From Armatimonadota bacterium (GTDB lineage Bacteria; Armatimonadota; Fimbriimonadia; Fimbriimonadales; GBS-DC): a stretch of 64,000 nucleotides of DNA. Shown piece by piece: positions 18,816 to 28,834 of this stretch; position 1 is the first letter of the stretch, and every line of letters starts with the position of its first letter. Position numbers and translations under genes: made by a program. The stretch covers positions 1,137 to 65,136 of the forward strand of contig JBBIQK010000005.1 of NCBI GenBank assembly GCA_037442365.1. The letters are read 5' to 3'. The notes under the pieces are model-generated. The model worked only from the letters and a program-made list of their open reading frames with translations, made no database searches and was not told the DNA's origin.

Positions 18816-18821
18816 TATACT
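18816..18821 (+). promoter_or_regulatory. -10 box (gggTATACT) upstream of the 18840 gene
   Basis: cgggTATACTctcgcgcgggataactgtATG. Confidence 0.35.
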
Positions 18822-18839
18822 CTCGCGCGGGATAACTGT

Positions 18840-20702
18840 ATGGAAGCCACGAAAATCGAGACACGGTTGGAGCTGGACTATCTCGCGCGCGAGGTCTTAC
18901 GTGCCTTCATGCAGGGCGAGCCGATGCCCCTGCGCGCCAACGAGATTCGGGAACGCATCCAGTCGCTGGAGCTGTCTTCGGGCGAGCTGCGCGCGCTCCT
19001 GTTGAACATGCCCGACAAGTTCTTCCAGGAAGAGCGTCGCTGGCAGCCCCTCTATCGCAAGGCGCATCGCAACATTCCTGTGTTGGCGCTGGCAGAGCGT
19101 ATCATCCGCGCGGTCGGCGCGCCTGTGCCGCGCACCGCATTAGCCGTCGAGCTGGGCGCGCACCTCAGACGCTCGTTCGAGCATTATGAGACCATTCTGC
19201 CGCGCCTTGCGCAAAGCTCCGAAACGCTCTTTATCACGCGTAGCGGCGAAGTTGGATTGCGCGAGTGGCTCTTCGTGCCCGACTGGATCGAACCCATCCC
19301 CTATGAGTGGGAGCGCGCCGAGGAGCGTGAACGCGCCGTCCATGACGCTCTGTTCTACAACGACCTCAAATGGGACGAGGTGGAGCGCTATGTGTCGCAG
19401 GCGCAGGGCATGGACTGGACGCGCCCCGAAACCGCCCTCGCGTTCGTGAGTCAGTTAGGCGAGCCTGTGCCCAATCGCGTGGTGGGCTTTCTGGGCTGGT
19501 ACTTCACCCTGGACCCCGACCCACGCTGGGTCTATCCCTACGACGGCGTCGCGCTGTTCGAAGCCATCTATCAATCCGACGAGTGGGTCTGGGGCAGCGA
19601 CGGGCAGTGGTATCCCCGCGCGGTCGCCGAGCAGTGGCGAGAGCGCGCCAGAGCGCAGGTGCAGGAGTGGCTGCAGGAGATGCCCGCCGAAGAGACCCAA
19701 CCGCTCGAACTGCGCCCCGACGAGGTGGAGCATATCGTCGCCAACCTGCTCAAAACGGAGGGCATCGCCCGCGCATCGAAGCTGCTCGAAGAGCTGTTCG
19801 AGGTCACGCCGAAAAGTCGCACCTTTCGCGAAGACCTCGACACGCTGGTGAACGCTCTCTGGAGCGATGGGCGGCTGGTGTGGTTCGGGTTCGACCGCTT
19901 CGGGCGCGACGAGGATGTGCCCGAATATGTGCGCACCGTGCCCTCAGTGTTCGAGTTCCCCGAGTTGCCCGACCTGCGCAACGAGGAGGGCGACCCCTAC
20001 GATGTGCTGATTGACCCTGAGGGCTACCCGAAGACCCTGCGCGACGAGATTCTCGATGTGCGCGCGCAGGATGTGCTGGACGAGGAGACGCCCGCCTACC
20101 CCGAACAGATTCCCAGCGCGGTGCGTATCGTGTTGCGCCAGCCCCACAAGGACCTGGGCACCATCCCGATGTGCCAGATTCCGCTGGGCTTCCTGCCCGA
20201 CGAGCCGTTCCTGCAGCAGCTGACCTTTATCGACGAGAACGACCAGCCCTATGAAATCTGGCTGAACCACGAGACGCGCCTGATCTACGGGCTGTTCGAC
20301 AAGTTCGCGTCGTTAGACCCGATTTCGGGCGCCATCTTTATGCTGGAGCGCACCGATCAGCCCGATACCTACCGCCTGCGCTACACAGGCGAGGTGGACC
20401 CGCTGCTTGCTATCTCGCCCGCGCGCTACGAGCGGTTGCTGAACCTGCAGGCGCAAGCCGACGCCCTCTCCACCTACCACCTGCTCATTGAGCTGATGCG
20501 CGACCACCCGCGCGGGGCGGACTTTCTGACCCTGCACAACGAGCTGAACATCATCCGTCGCACGCGCCGTGAGCAGACCGCCTCGATTCTCAGCGCGTAC
20601 CCGTGCTTCGAGTTGCATCGCGGCTCGCCCGTGTGGCATCTCAAAGAGGACGACATCGGCAAGCCCATCACCAAAAAGGCGCGTTCCTATCTGCTGGGGT
20701 AG
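18840..20702 (+). CDS. hypothetical acidic 620-aa protein with N-terminal winged-helix-like modules
   Basis: Long uninterrupted ORF with coding-like composition. Two HARE-HTH-like segments (LAREVLRAFMQGEPMPLRANEIRERI; LAERIIRAVGAPVPRTALAVELGAHL). No catalytic motif recognised. Confidence 0.6.
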   Translation: MEATKIETRLELDYLAREVLRAFMQGEPMPLRANEIRERIQSLELSSGELRALLLNMPDKFFQEERRWQPLYRKAHRNIPVLALAERIIRAVGAPVPRTALAVELGAHLRRSFEHYETILPRLAQSSETLFITRSGEVGLREWLFVPDWIEPIPYEWERAEERERAVHDALFYNDLKWDEVERYVSQAQGMDWTRPETALAFVSQLGEPVPNRVVGFLGWYFTLDPDPRWVYPYDGVALFEAIYQSDEWVWGSDGQWYPRAVAEQWRERARAQVQEWLQEMPAEETQPLELRPDEVEHIVANLLKTEGIARASKLLEELFEVTPKSRTFREDLDTLVNALWSDGRLVWFGFDRFGRDEDVPEYVRTVPSVFEFPELPDLRNEEGDPYDVLIDPEGYPKTLRDEILDVRAQDVLDEETPAYPEQIPSAVRIVLRQPHKDLGTIPMCQIPLGFLPDEPFLQQLTFIDENDQPYEIWLNHETRLIYGLFDKFASLDPISGAIFMLERTDQPDTYRLRYTGEVDPLLAISPARYERLLNLQAQADALSTYHLLIELMRDHPRGADFLTLHNELNIIRRTRREQTASILSAYPCFELHRGSPVWHLKEDDIGKPITKKARSYLLG

Positions 20703-20705
20703 CGT

Positions 20706-21422
20706 ATGCACCAACAGATGAGCCTGTTGCGCGACCTGCAGGCGATCGATTCGTACATCGATCGCCTGCGCAAGGAGCTGGCGCAACTCGATTCGGGCGA
20801 GCGTATCCGCGTCAAGCTCGAACAATCCCGCGTGCGCATGGAGCAAATCAAGGCGCGCTACGAACAGAGCTACGCCGCCGCCGCCGAACAGGAACGCCGC
20901 CTGCAGGAGTTCGACCAGCGCATCCGCCAGGCGGAAGCCGACCTCTACTCCGGGCGCGTCACCAACCCGCGCGAGCTGCAACTGATGCAACACGAAATCG
21001 AGCAAGCCAAGCAGACCCGCGACGAACTGGATATGCAGATGCTCAAAATGTGGGACGACCTCGAATCGCTGAAAAAGGACATCGACGCCTCCGAACGCGA
21101 CCTGCAGCAGATTGAACGCTTCTACGAGGCGCATGTGGAAGAGTACCGCCAGCGCAAAGCCGCGCTGGAGTCGGAAATCGCCTTCCACGAGAAAGAGCGC
21201 GAGAAACTGGCGCAGCGAATTGACTCCGACGCACTGGCGCGCTACCAGACGCTGCGCGAACGGCTGGGCGGCATCGCCGTCGCCGTCGTGGCGCAGAAAG
21301 CCTGCACCGTGTGCCACACTTTGCTTACCCCCTACACCCTCAAACGCCTCGAAAACGAGGATGCGCTGATTGCCTGCGAAAGCTGCGGCAGGCTCCTGTA
21401 CGACCCGCAACTGGCGCAGTAG
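20706..21422 (+). CDS. coiled-coil / C4 zinc-ribbon protein (DUF164, COG1579-like)
   Basis: LLRDLQAIDSYIDRLRKELAQL coiled coil followed by CTVCHTLLTPYTLKRLENEDALIACESCGRLLY. Confidence 0.75.
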   Translation: MHQQMSLLRDLQAIDSYIDRLRKELAQLDSGERIRVKLEQSRVRMEQIKARYEQSYAAAAEQERRLQEFDQRIRQAEADLYSGRVTNPRELQLMQHEIEQAKQTRDELDMQMLKMWDDLESLKKDIDASERDLQQIERFYEAHVEEYRQRKAALESEIAFHEKEREKLAQRIDSDALARYQTLRERLGGIAVAVVAQKACTVCHTLLTPYTLKRLENEDALIACESCGRLLYDPQLAQ

Positions 21423-21470
21423 CAGGAATCACGCCTCGCCAGAGCGTATTATAAATCAGGAGGCGAGAGC

Positions 21471-22211
21471 GTGGACGAACCCATTAAGCGTTCAGACGCT
21501 GTTGAGAAGGAATACACGCAGGCAGTCATCTACGGCATCGTGGGGCTGGTGGCGCTGGGACTGACCTTCCTGTTCTGGCGGTACGGCGGCATGTTTTACT
21601 CGTTTTCGTGGGGCTTTGGTCTAATCTGGCTGGGTGCGTGGGGCTACGCGGGCTGGTCGTACTACAAAACCACGAAAGTGCCCGCGCATCCTGTCGAGTG
21701 CCCGTTTTGCCGCAAGGAGACGGTGCTGGTCGCCCCGCCGCAGATGGACTTCACCTGCGAACACTGCCTCAAGCGCGTGCCTATCGAGAACGGGCGCGTG
21801 ATGGAAGTCATCGCGGTCAAGTGTCCGCACTGCGGCTCGATGGAGCAGGTCTCGGTCAAAGCGGCGGCGGCGATTTGTGAACAGTGCCAGCGCGAGTTTC
21901 CCATCCGCACGACGGGGCGCGTGCCCGCCGGGATGCCCATCCCCGCGCAGGACGACCCGACCCCCTACGAACTCGTGCTGCTGGGCGTCGACCGCCTCAA
22001 GGAAGAGCAGGCAATCCTGGCGCTGGAGCGGTTGCTCGATCTGAACCGCCCCGATGTGAAAAAGCTGCTGGAGACGGTTCCGATGGTGCTGTTCACGAAC
22101 CTGCCGCGGCGCAAGGCGGAGAGTCAGGCGCGTGAGCTGAGCGAGCAGGGTGTGATGGTTGAGGCGCGTCGGATTGAAGACCCCAACCGCGTGCCGACGC
22201 CCTGGAACTAA
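21471..22211 (+). CDS. membrane-anchored double zinc-ribbon protein with L7/L12-C-terminal-like domain
   Basis: GGAGG before GTG 21471. Two TM helices. CPFC..CEHC and CPHC..CEQC. The C-terminus LVLLGVDRLKEEQAILALERLLDLNRPDVKKLLETVPMVLFTNLPRRKAESQARELSEQGVMVEA resembles the ribosomal L7/L12 CTD fold pattern. Confidence 0.5.
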   Translation: MDEPIKRSDAVEKEYTQAVIYGIVGLVALGLTFLFWRYGGMFYSFSWGFGLIWLGAWGYAGWSYYKTTKVPAHPVECPFCRKETVLVAPPQMDFTCEHCLKRVPIENGRVMEVIAVKCPHCGSMEQVSVKAAAAICEQCQREFPIRTTGRVPAGMPIPAQDDPTPYELVLLGVDRLKEEQAILALERLLDLNRPDVKKLLETVPMVLFTNLPRRKAESQARELSEQGVMVEARRIEDPNRVPTPWN

Positions 22212-23176
22212 CGCCGGCGCAACACCAGCTGGGTCGCCGTACAGCGCGCCCATTCGGGGCGTTTGGGGTCGGGTGTGAGCGTCGCCCCGCGCGGCTCAAC
22301 GATCCGCCAGCGCGATACGCCTCCCGGAAGAAACAGATACCCACTGGTAAACGGCAGTTGCGCCGTTAGGCGGTCAGGCTCGGTGAGGCTCTCCCGCACG
22401 CCGCGCAAAAAATCATCCGGCTCTATCCCGCCTGCGCACAGCATCGCCCTGCCCAGACGCTCGCTGCCGTACACGCGGTCGATGTAGAGCGCGAGCGCGA
22501 GGTACTCCTCGTAGCCCCCCCGACCGCGCGAACGCCACCGCTGCGGGTTCAATCCCTCCCGCGCCATGCGCGCGACGAGCGGCTCGACGGCGCGGCGCAG
22601 GTACGCCTCCAGCGCGCTCATCGACGCGCCCATCAGAAACTCCGGCTCGCCGCCTGCGTCTCGCGCCCGCGCCGTCAGGTGCTGGGTAAACCACCGCTCG
22701 CCCAGATCGCCGTTCGCCCACGCCTCTGGCGCAGTGAACGAGTTGATGGGGGGGATAACCCAGTGCCCGTACTCGTGCGTCAGCTCGCGCAGCCACTCAT
22801 GCGGGGGCACGCGCTCGCTGAGGTCATACAGGTACATCAGGTTCTGCTGCTGCTCCGCGCCCGCCCTGCCCTCGGTCATCAGAAACACGCGCAACAGGCG
22901 GTCATAGCGTAGCGAATGGTCCAAGCCCAGCCGTGTACGCGCCAGCTCGTAGCACGCCAGCAGCAACCGACAGGCGCGCTCTGCGTAAGGGTACAGAGTC
23001 TGCCGCTGCGCGTAGATTTCGAACAGCAGCATCGGCGTCGCGCCCTCAGCAAGCCCCTGCACACGGTAGGCGAACGCCGCCCGATGCAGCGGGTCCTCCA
23101 CAGGCGCAGACAACGGCTGCGGCGAACCGACCACCCGATAACGCACAGGAAGAGTGTACCGCATCGCCCGATGCAC
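22208..23176 (-). CDS. hypothetical HExxH metallopeptidase-like protein
   Basis: LTHEYGHWVIPP zinc-motif candidate. Tight operon context behind the MFS gene. Confidence 0.5.
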   Translation of the reverse strand: MHRAMRYTLPVRYRVVGSPQPLSAPVEDPLHRAAFAYRVQGLAEGATPMLLFEIYAQRQTLYPYAERACRLLLACYELARTRLGLDHSLRYDRLLRVFLMTEGRAGAEQQQNLMYLYDLSERVPPHEWLRELTHEYGHWVIPPINSFTAPEAWANGDLGERWFTQHLTARARDAGGEPEFLMGASMSALEAYLRRAVEPLVARMAREGLNPQRWRSRGRGGYEEYLALALYIDRVYGSERLGRAMLCAGGIEPDDFLRGVRESLTEPDRLTAQLPFTSGYLFLPGGVSRWRIVEPRGATLTPDPKRPEWARCTATQLVLRRR

Positions 23177-23184
23177 GGTTGCGC

Positions 23185-24393
23185 CTACTGCCCGTCAGGA
23201 GGGGACGGCTTCGCTGCGGGGCGCACGCCGAGCGCAAGCCACATGCTGAACACCAACAACCCAGCGGCGGCGGCATAGGGCAGCGAGTCGCTGTATTTGA
23301 GCGCGCCGTTGCCCCCGATAGGTCCCACAATCCGTGCAAGGCTCTCCAGCGAGCCAGAGACGCCCTGAATGCGCCCTTGCTCGGCGTCGGTTGCAGAGCG
23401 ACTGATCAGGCTCACCACACTGGGCAACGCCAGCGCGCCCCCAACCGAAGCGACTCCCACCAGCAGGTAGAACAGGAACAGCGATTGGGTGAACGCCGCG
23501 CCGAACAACCCCACCACATTCAGCAGCAGCCCGACCAGCAGCGTCCGTTGCTCGCCCAGCGCATGCACCACGCGCCCGACCAGCACCGCCTGTGAGAGCG
23601 CGCCCACCAGTCCCACCACCGCCAGGATGTAGCCAATCTCGCGCGGTCCCAGCTCGAAGCGCACCGCCACAAACAGCGGGAAGGTCGTCTGATACACCGA
23701 GAAGCCGAGCCAGAGGATGAAGTTCATCCAGAGCAGGCGGGCGGCGGCGCTTCGGGTCAGCAGCGCGGGCATCTCGCGCCATGGGGAGGGGCGTTTCGCA
23801 GGCACGAGGTGCGCCGTTTCGGGCAGCGCGACGAACGCATACCCCGCCGCGAGCAGCGAAATCACCGCCGCCGCCCACGCGGGAACCGCCAGCCCGAACG
23901 ACGCCAGCCCACCGCCCAGCGCGGGACCGACGATGAACCCCAGCCCGAACGCCGCGCCAATCAGCCCGAAGTTGCGCGCGCGCCGCTCTGGGGGGCTGAT
24001 GTCGGCGATATAGGCGCGCGCCGTCGTGATGTTGCCCCCCGTGAAGCCGTCCAGCAGGCGCGACACAAACAGCCAGAACAGATTCGGCGCGAGCGCCAGC
24101 ATCACGAAACTCGCCGCCGACCCCAGCAGGCTCAGAATCAGCACGGGGCGACGCCCCCAGCGGTCAGACCACTCGCCCAGAATCGGCGATGCAAGCAGTT
24201 GCGCGACGGAAAACGAGGCGAACAGGAGACCAATCTGCAGCTCGCTCGCCTGAAAGCGCTGGGCGTAGAACGGCAGAAGCGGGATGACTATCCCGAAGCC
24301 GATGAGGCTGACGAAAATCGTGATGAAGACCGCCAGCAGGGCGCGTCGCTTGACCCGCTCATCGGCTTCGGGCGTAATCCGCTGGATTGCCAT
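23185..24393 (-). CDS. MFS transporter (drug/H+ antiporter-like, 12 TM)
   Basis: GEWSDRWGRRPVLILSLLG motif A. About 12 hydrophobic helices. Confidence 0.85.
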   Translation of the reverse strand: MAIQRITPEADERVKRRALLAVFITIFVSLIGFGIVIPLLPFYAQRFQASELQIGLLFASFSVAQLLASPILGEWSDRWGRRPVLILSLLGSAASFVMLALAPNLFWLFVSRLLDGFTGGNITTARAYIADISPPERRARNFGLIGAAFGLGFIVGPALGGGLASFGLAVPAWAAAVISLLAAGYAFVALPETAHLVPAKRPSPWREMPALLTRSAAARLLWMNFILWLGFSVYQTTFPLFVAVRFELGPREIGYILAVVGLVGALSQAVLVGRVVHALGEQRTLLVGLLLNVVGLFGAAFTQSLFLFYLLVGVASVGGALALPSVVSLISRSATDAEQGRIQGVSGSLESLARIVGPIGGNGALKYSDSLPYAAAAGLLVFSMWLALGVRPAAKPSPPDGQ

Positions 24394-27122
24394 CAGTAGC
24401 GTCGTTTGCGCTTCCCGACATGTTGCGCGTGGTGCTTTTTGCGGGGGGCGTCTTCGCTGTCTGCCGCGCTGGTCGCATTCGCCGCGCTTGTTGGGGGAGA
24501 CGCGGCGCTCGCTTTCGGCGCGACCGCCGTCGCCTTCGCCGCCTCTACCTGACGCTGATGGAGCTTCTCACGCGCGCCCTGCCAGCTCACCATAATCTGG
24601 CTCGCGATGAAAATCGACGAGTAAGTGCCCGCAATCACGCCAATCAGCATGGTGACATAGAAGAAGCGCAGATCCTGCGTCACCGCGCCCCAGATGACCA
24701 GCGCGACCAGCACAATCAGCAGGGTCAGGCTGGTGTTGATGGAGCGCGCCAGAGTCTGGTTCAGACTGCGGTTCACAATCGTCGCGAAAGTCTCCCCGCG
24801 CGCCCGATGGCGCAGGTTCTCACGCACGCGGTCATACACAATGATGGTGTCGTTAATTGAGAAGCCAACCAGCGTCAGCAGCGCGGTGATAAAGAGCGCG
24901 TTAATCTCCCAGCCGAGCAGGTAGCCCAGTATCGCCGCGCCGCCGACCATAATCAGCACATCGTGCGCGAGCGCAATCGTCGCGGCGATGCCGAACTTGA
25001 ACCCGCTCCAGCCGCCCTCGATGGAGAAGCGGAGCGCAATATAGAGCAGGATTGCCAGCAGCGCAACCGTCACAGCGGTGATGGCGCGTTGCACGGTCTC
25101 GGCGCGCACGCGCGGGCTGATGCTGGCAAAGCTCACCACCTGCAGCTCGCCCAGCGGTTTGAGCGCGTCCACAATCTTCTGCTGGCTGTCTGCATCGGCG
25201 TCGGCAACATGCACAATCAGCTGGCGGTTGCCGTCGCCGAACAACGCGCCGACCTTTTCGAAGCCCGCCTGTCGCAGCAAGGTCAGCACCTGCGCCAGGT
25301 TCGCCTCAATCGGTTCAGGACGCACAACAGGCGGCTGCTGATTCGCCTGCTCGCCCTGTGCAGGCGCAGGCGGTTGCTGGGCAGTCTGCTCGCCCTGTGC
25401 AGGCGCAGGCGGTTGCTGGTTTGCTGGCTCGTTCTGCGCAGTTGCCGCAGGCGGTTGCTGGTTTGCTGGCTCGTTCTGCGCAGTTGCCGCAGGCGGCTGT
25501 TGATTCGGCTGCTCGTTCTGCGTCGCCGCAGGCGGTTGCGCCTCGGACTTCGGCTGAGTCGCGCCTGCCACCGGTCGCTGCAGCACCAGCTCGCTGCCGC
25601 CTTCGAAGTCGATGCCCGGCTTCAGCCCGCCCAGCCCCAGCCAGAAGACCAGTCCGATCAGGATGGCGATGCTGCTAATCGCGTAATACAGCCCGCGCTT
25701 ATTCACGAAGTCGAAGCGGTCTTTCGCCGCGCCCAGCTGCTCGCCGACCTCTTGACCCAGCTGACGCCGCAAGCCAAACAGCCGCTCGCTCGGATGCACG
25801 CCTACCCCGACCAGCGTGTAAAGCATCGTGCGCGTGCAGAAAATCGCCGTGAAAAAGCTAATCGCCACACCGAAGCCAAGCGTTGTTGCAAACCCCTGCA
25901 CGGGTCCCGTGCCGAACGAGTAGAGAATCGCACAGATGATTATCGTACTCAGGTTCGAATCGAAGATTGCGGGGAACGCGCGTTTGAAAGCGGCGTCCAG
26001 CCCCGCCAGCAGCGTCTTACCCAGACGCAGCTCCTCCTTCAAACGCTCGAAAATCAGGATGTTCGCGTCGATCGCCATGCCGATGGACAGGATGATTCCC
26101 GCAATCGCCGGCAGCGAGAAGGTCACGCCCAGCGATTTGAACATCGCCGTCGCGAACAGCACATACAGCCCCAGCGCAATCACGGAAATCACGCCGGGCA
26201 GCAGGTAATACAGCGCCATAAACACGGCGATTGCCGCAAACCCGATGACGCCTGCTTGAATGATGCGCTCCCACGCCTGCGCGCCCAGAATCGCCTCCAC
26301 ACGGTTGATCGACTCCAGCGAGAGGCTCACGGGCAGTGCGCCTGCGTTCAGCAGGTCGCGCAAACGCGCCGCCTCTTTCAGAGTGAAGTTGCCCTGAATC
26401 ACCGGCTCGCGCAGATTGGCGGACTGAATCACGGGCGCGGAGATAATCTTGTTGTCCAGCAGGATGGCGATATGCTCCTTAAGATAGAGCGACGACGCGC
26501 GCGCGAACTTGTCCTGCCCCTCACGGTTGAAAATCAGCAGCACTTCGGGCGAGAACGATTGGCTGATCACCTCCGCGCGTTCCAGCTCGTCGCCCGTGAC
26601 AATCAGCGGCGACGATTCGATGATTTTCTGATACTCGGGCGTGCCCGGCTCGATGACCTTCCCATCAGGGCTGGTGAGATCGCGGAATTTGACAATCTCG
26701 TCCCCCCCCTGTTCTTCGAGGACGATTTCGTAGCGCCCGGTGGGCTGCTTCTCGGTGCGCACATCGCGCAGGTAGCGGAACTCGAGCCGCGCGGTGGTCT
26801 GCAGCAGCTCGCGCGCCTCCTGCTCATCGGTAAAGCCCGGCAGCTCAATAACTATCTCTGTATCGCCTTTTTGATAGATGGTGGGTTCAATCACGCCCAG
26901 CGAGTCGATGCGTCGGGTGAGGATGTCGACCACCAGTCGCATGCGTTCGGGCGTCCAGAGCTGGCGCTCTTCAGGTGAAAGTTTCTCAATCTCGGCGCGC
27001 AGGGTCATGCGCAACCCGCCCTGCACATCCAGCCCGCGTCGTGCGGGCAGCGTGGCGAACAGGTAGCCCGCAAGCCCCGCGAGCAACAGAACGATACCCA
27101 GGTAAATAAAGTGTTTATTCAA
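24393..27122 (-). CDS. secDF: protein translocase subunit SecDF fusion
   Basis: TTG start with GGAGGAG SD. SecD periplasmic and TM regions (LGLDVQGG-like GLDVQGGLRMTL; IGMAIDANILIFERLKEE), then a P/Q/A-rich linker, then SecF (SINDTIIVYDRVREN). Confidence 0.9.
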   Translation of the reverse strand: MNKHFIYLGIVLLLAGLAGYLFATLPARRGLDVQGGLRMTLRAEIEKLSPEERQLWTPERMRLVVDILTRRIDSLGVIEPTIYQKGDTEIVIELPGFTDEQEARELLQTTARLEFRYLRDVRTEKQPTGRYEIVLEEQGGDEIVKFRDLTSPDGKVIEPGTPEYQKIIESSPLIVTGDELERAEVISQSFSPEVLLIFNREGQDKFARASSLYLKEHIAILLDNKIISAPVIQSANLREPVIQGNFTLKEAARLRDLLNAGALPVSLSLESINRVEAILGAQAWERIIQAGVIGFAAIAVFMALYYLLPGVISVIALGLYVLFATAMFKSLGVTFSLPAIAGIILSIGMAIDANILIFERLKEELRLGKTLLAGLDAAFKRAFPAIFDSNLSTIIICAILYSFGTGPVQGFATTLGFGVAISFFTAIFCTRTMLYTLVGVGVHPSERLFGLRRQLGQEVGEQLGAAKDRFDFVNKRGLYYAISSIAILIGLVFWLGLGGLKPGIDFEGGSELVLQRPVAGATQPKSEAQPPAATQNEQPNQQPPAATAQNEPANQQPPAATAQNEPANQQPPAPAQGEQTAQQPPAPAQGEQANQQPPVVRPEPIEANLAQVLTLLRQAGFEKVGALFGDGNRQLIVHVADADADSQQKIVDALKPLGELQVVSFASISPRVRAETVQRAITAVTVALLAILLYIALRFSIEGGWSGFKFGIAATIALAHDVLIMVGGAAILGYLLGWEINALFITALLTLVGFSINDTIIVYDRVRENLRHRARGETFATIVNRSLNQTLARSINTSLTLLIVLVALVIWGAVTQDLRFFYVTMLIGVIAGTYSSIFIASQIMVSWQGAREKLHQRQVEAAKATAVAPKASAASPPTSAANATSAADSEDAPRKKHHAQHVGKRKRRY
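25335..25545 (-). repeat. in-frame tandem repeats encoding the P/Q/A-rich SecD-SecF linker
   Basis: Near-perfect 42-nt duplication at 25419-25460 and 25461-25502 (QQPPAATAQNEPAN x2), plus two copies of about 39 nt (QQPPAPAQGEQ.) just before it. Confidence 0.8.
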
Positions 27123-27152
27123 GGCGTCTCTCCTCCTGCGTGCTTGGCGCTT

Positions 27153-27158
27153 ATTATA
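27153..27158 (-). promoter_or_regulatory. -10 box (ggggTATAAT) for secDF
   Basis: The minus strand reads aaggggTATAATaagcgccaagcacgcaGGAGGAGagacgccTTG. Confidence 0.45.
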
Positions 27159-27222
27159 CCCCTTCGCGAAACCCGCGCACCGCGCCGCGTGTAGACCGTT
27201 ATAAACTGAACACCCCGCTGCC

Positions 27223-27228
27223 TATAAT
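27223..27228 (+). promoter_or_regulatory. -10 box (ccTATAAT) for the DUF1800 gene
   Basis: ctgccTATAATcgtcaataccATG. Divergent from the secDF promoter. Confidence 0.4.
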
Positions 27229-27238
27229 CGTCAATACC

Positions 27239-28633
27239 ATGCGGGACGACACGATGCAATCGAGTCTGAGTGAGCGATTGGCGCACCTGCGGCGACGCAC
27301 GGGCTTTAGCGCACGGGAAAGCGAGATTGAGCCGCTCATCTCGCTGGGCATCGAGGGCGCGGTGGACAGGCTGCTGGAAAGCCCCTACGACCACACCATC
27401 GATGACGAAGCGGTGCTGCGCCTGCTGCAGGGAGATATGAACAACCTGCAGCCCCAGGCGGTCAGCGCATGGTGGCTCTACCGCATGCTCGTCTCGCAAC
27501 AGCCGATTCAGGAGCGCCTTGCCCTGTTCTGGCATAACCATTTCGCTACCTCCGCCTCCAAAGTACAGGCAGGCAGGCTGATGCTCATCCAGATTCAACT
27601 GTTCCAGCGACTGGGGCTGGACAACTTCAAGACGCTCACGCTGGAGGTCGCTCGCGACCCGGCGATGCTGGTGTGGCTGGACGGCGTGCGCAATGTGAAA
27701 GGCAGACCGAACGAAAACTTCGCCCGCGAGCTGTTCGAGCTGTTCACCACGGGGATTGGACACTACACCGAGCGCGACATTCAGGAGGCGGCGCGCGCCT
27801 TCACAGGCTGGTCGTTCAGCCGCGTGACCGCCAGTTTCGTGTTCAATCGCAACCAGCATGACGACAGCGAGAAGGAGGTCTTCGGTAAGCGTGGCGCGTT
27901 CGGCGGCGAGGACATTATTGAAATGGCGGTGGAACATCCCGCCACCGCGCGGCACATCGCCCGCAAGTTTTACCAGCACTTCATTAACGACAGCGAGCCG
28001 CCTGACGAGCGCACCGTGCAGGAGCTGGCGAAGGTGTTCCGCGAGTCGGACTACAGTATCCGCGCGCTGATGCGCCGGCTACTGCTGACGCCTGCGTTCT
28101 GGAGCCATCTGAACTGGCGCAAGCGCGTCAAAAGCCCGGTGGAGTTTGTGGTGGGCGCGCTGCGGCAGGTGGGCGTCGGCGAGCGACTGCGCGCGGTGAA
28201 CCTCAACGAGGGTGCAGGACAGCGACTGCTGGCGGCGTACCTGCGCGTGGCGACCCAGTGGACGCGCCGTATCGGGCAGCTACTGCTCTACCCGCCCGAT
28301 GTCGCGGGGTGGGAATGGGGTAAGGCGTGGATTACCTCCACCACGATGCTGGAGCGGATGCGCTTTGCGGAGTTTCTACTGCCTCAGCGTGGTGCGCTGG
28401 GCTTTGCTACGCTGAACGATCTGGTGGGACTGCCCGCCCCACGCACCTTAGAGGATTTCGTTGCTCGGCTGGAGCGCACGCTGGATGTTGCGCTGCAGCC
28501 CCGAACGCGCGCGAGCCTGCTGGAATACCTGCAGAAACGCGGCGGCGTGAACGCTTTGCGCCAGCGCGACCGCCAGACCGTGCAGGGGGCGTTGCAAATC
28601 GTCTTCAGCGCGGCGGAGTATCAGATGCTCTAA
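27239..28633 (+). CDS. DUF1800 family protein
   Basis: ERLALFWHNHFATS and LVWLDGVRNVKGRPNENFARELFELFTTG are hallmark DUF1800 blocks. The usual DUF1501 partner is not adjacent. Confidence 0.8.
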   Translation: MRDDTMQSSLSERLAHLRRRTGFSARESEIEPLISLGIEGAVDRLLESPYDHTIDDEAVLRLLQGDMNNLQPQAVSAWWLYRMLVSQQPIQERLALFWHNHFATSASKVQAGRLMLIQIQLFQRLGLDNFKTLTLEVARDPAMLVWLDGVRNVKGRPNENFARELFELFTTGIGHYTERDIQEAARAFTGWSFSRVTASFVFNRNQHDDSEKEVFGKRGAFGGEDIIEMAVEHPATARHIARKFYQHFINDSEPPDERTVQELAKVFRESDYSIRALMRRLLLTPAFWSHLNWRKRVKSPVEFVVGALRQVGVGERLRAVNLNEGAGQRLLAAYLRVATQWTRRIGQLLLYPPDVAGWEWGKAWITSTTMLERMRFAEFLLPQRGALGFATLNDLVGLPAPRTLEDFVARLERTLDVALQPRTRASLLEYLQKRGGVNALRQRDRQTVQGALQIVFSAAEYQML

Positions 28634-28638
28634 AAAAT

Positions 28639-28667
28639 CCCGGGAAGGGCTGGTCTACCTTCCCGGG
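28639..28667 (+). terminator. hairpin terminator candidate after the DUF1800 gene
   Basis: cccgggaagg-gctggtcta-ccttcccggg followed by tt. Confidence 0.4.
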
Positions 28668-28834
28668 TTGGCAGGCACGGCAGGGACTTTGCCCTGTGCG
28701 TGTTGTTGTAAAAGCTTCTCGGCTCGCCTGCATCGTTGCCTGCAGCGCGGCAATCCCATCGAAGCACGCACTGCCCAGCCGTGCCTCTCGCCTGAATTAT
28801 CGACACTATAATACACCGCCCCCTCGACGAAATG

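Noticed and set aside
24963-26978. 671-aa plus-strand ORF
   Set aside because: It is antisense to secDF, which has unmistakable SecD/SecF motifs. Its composition is Arg-rich with no domains.
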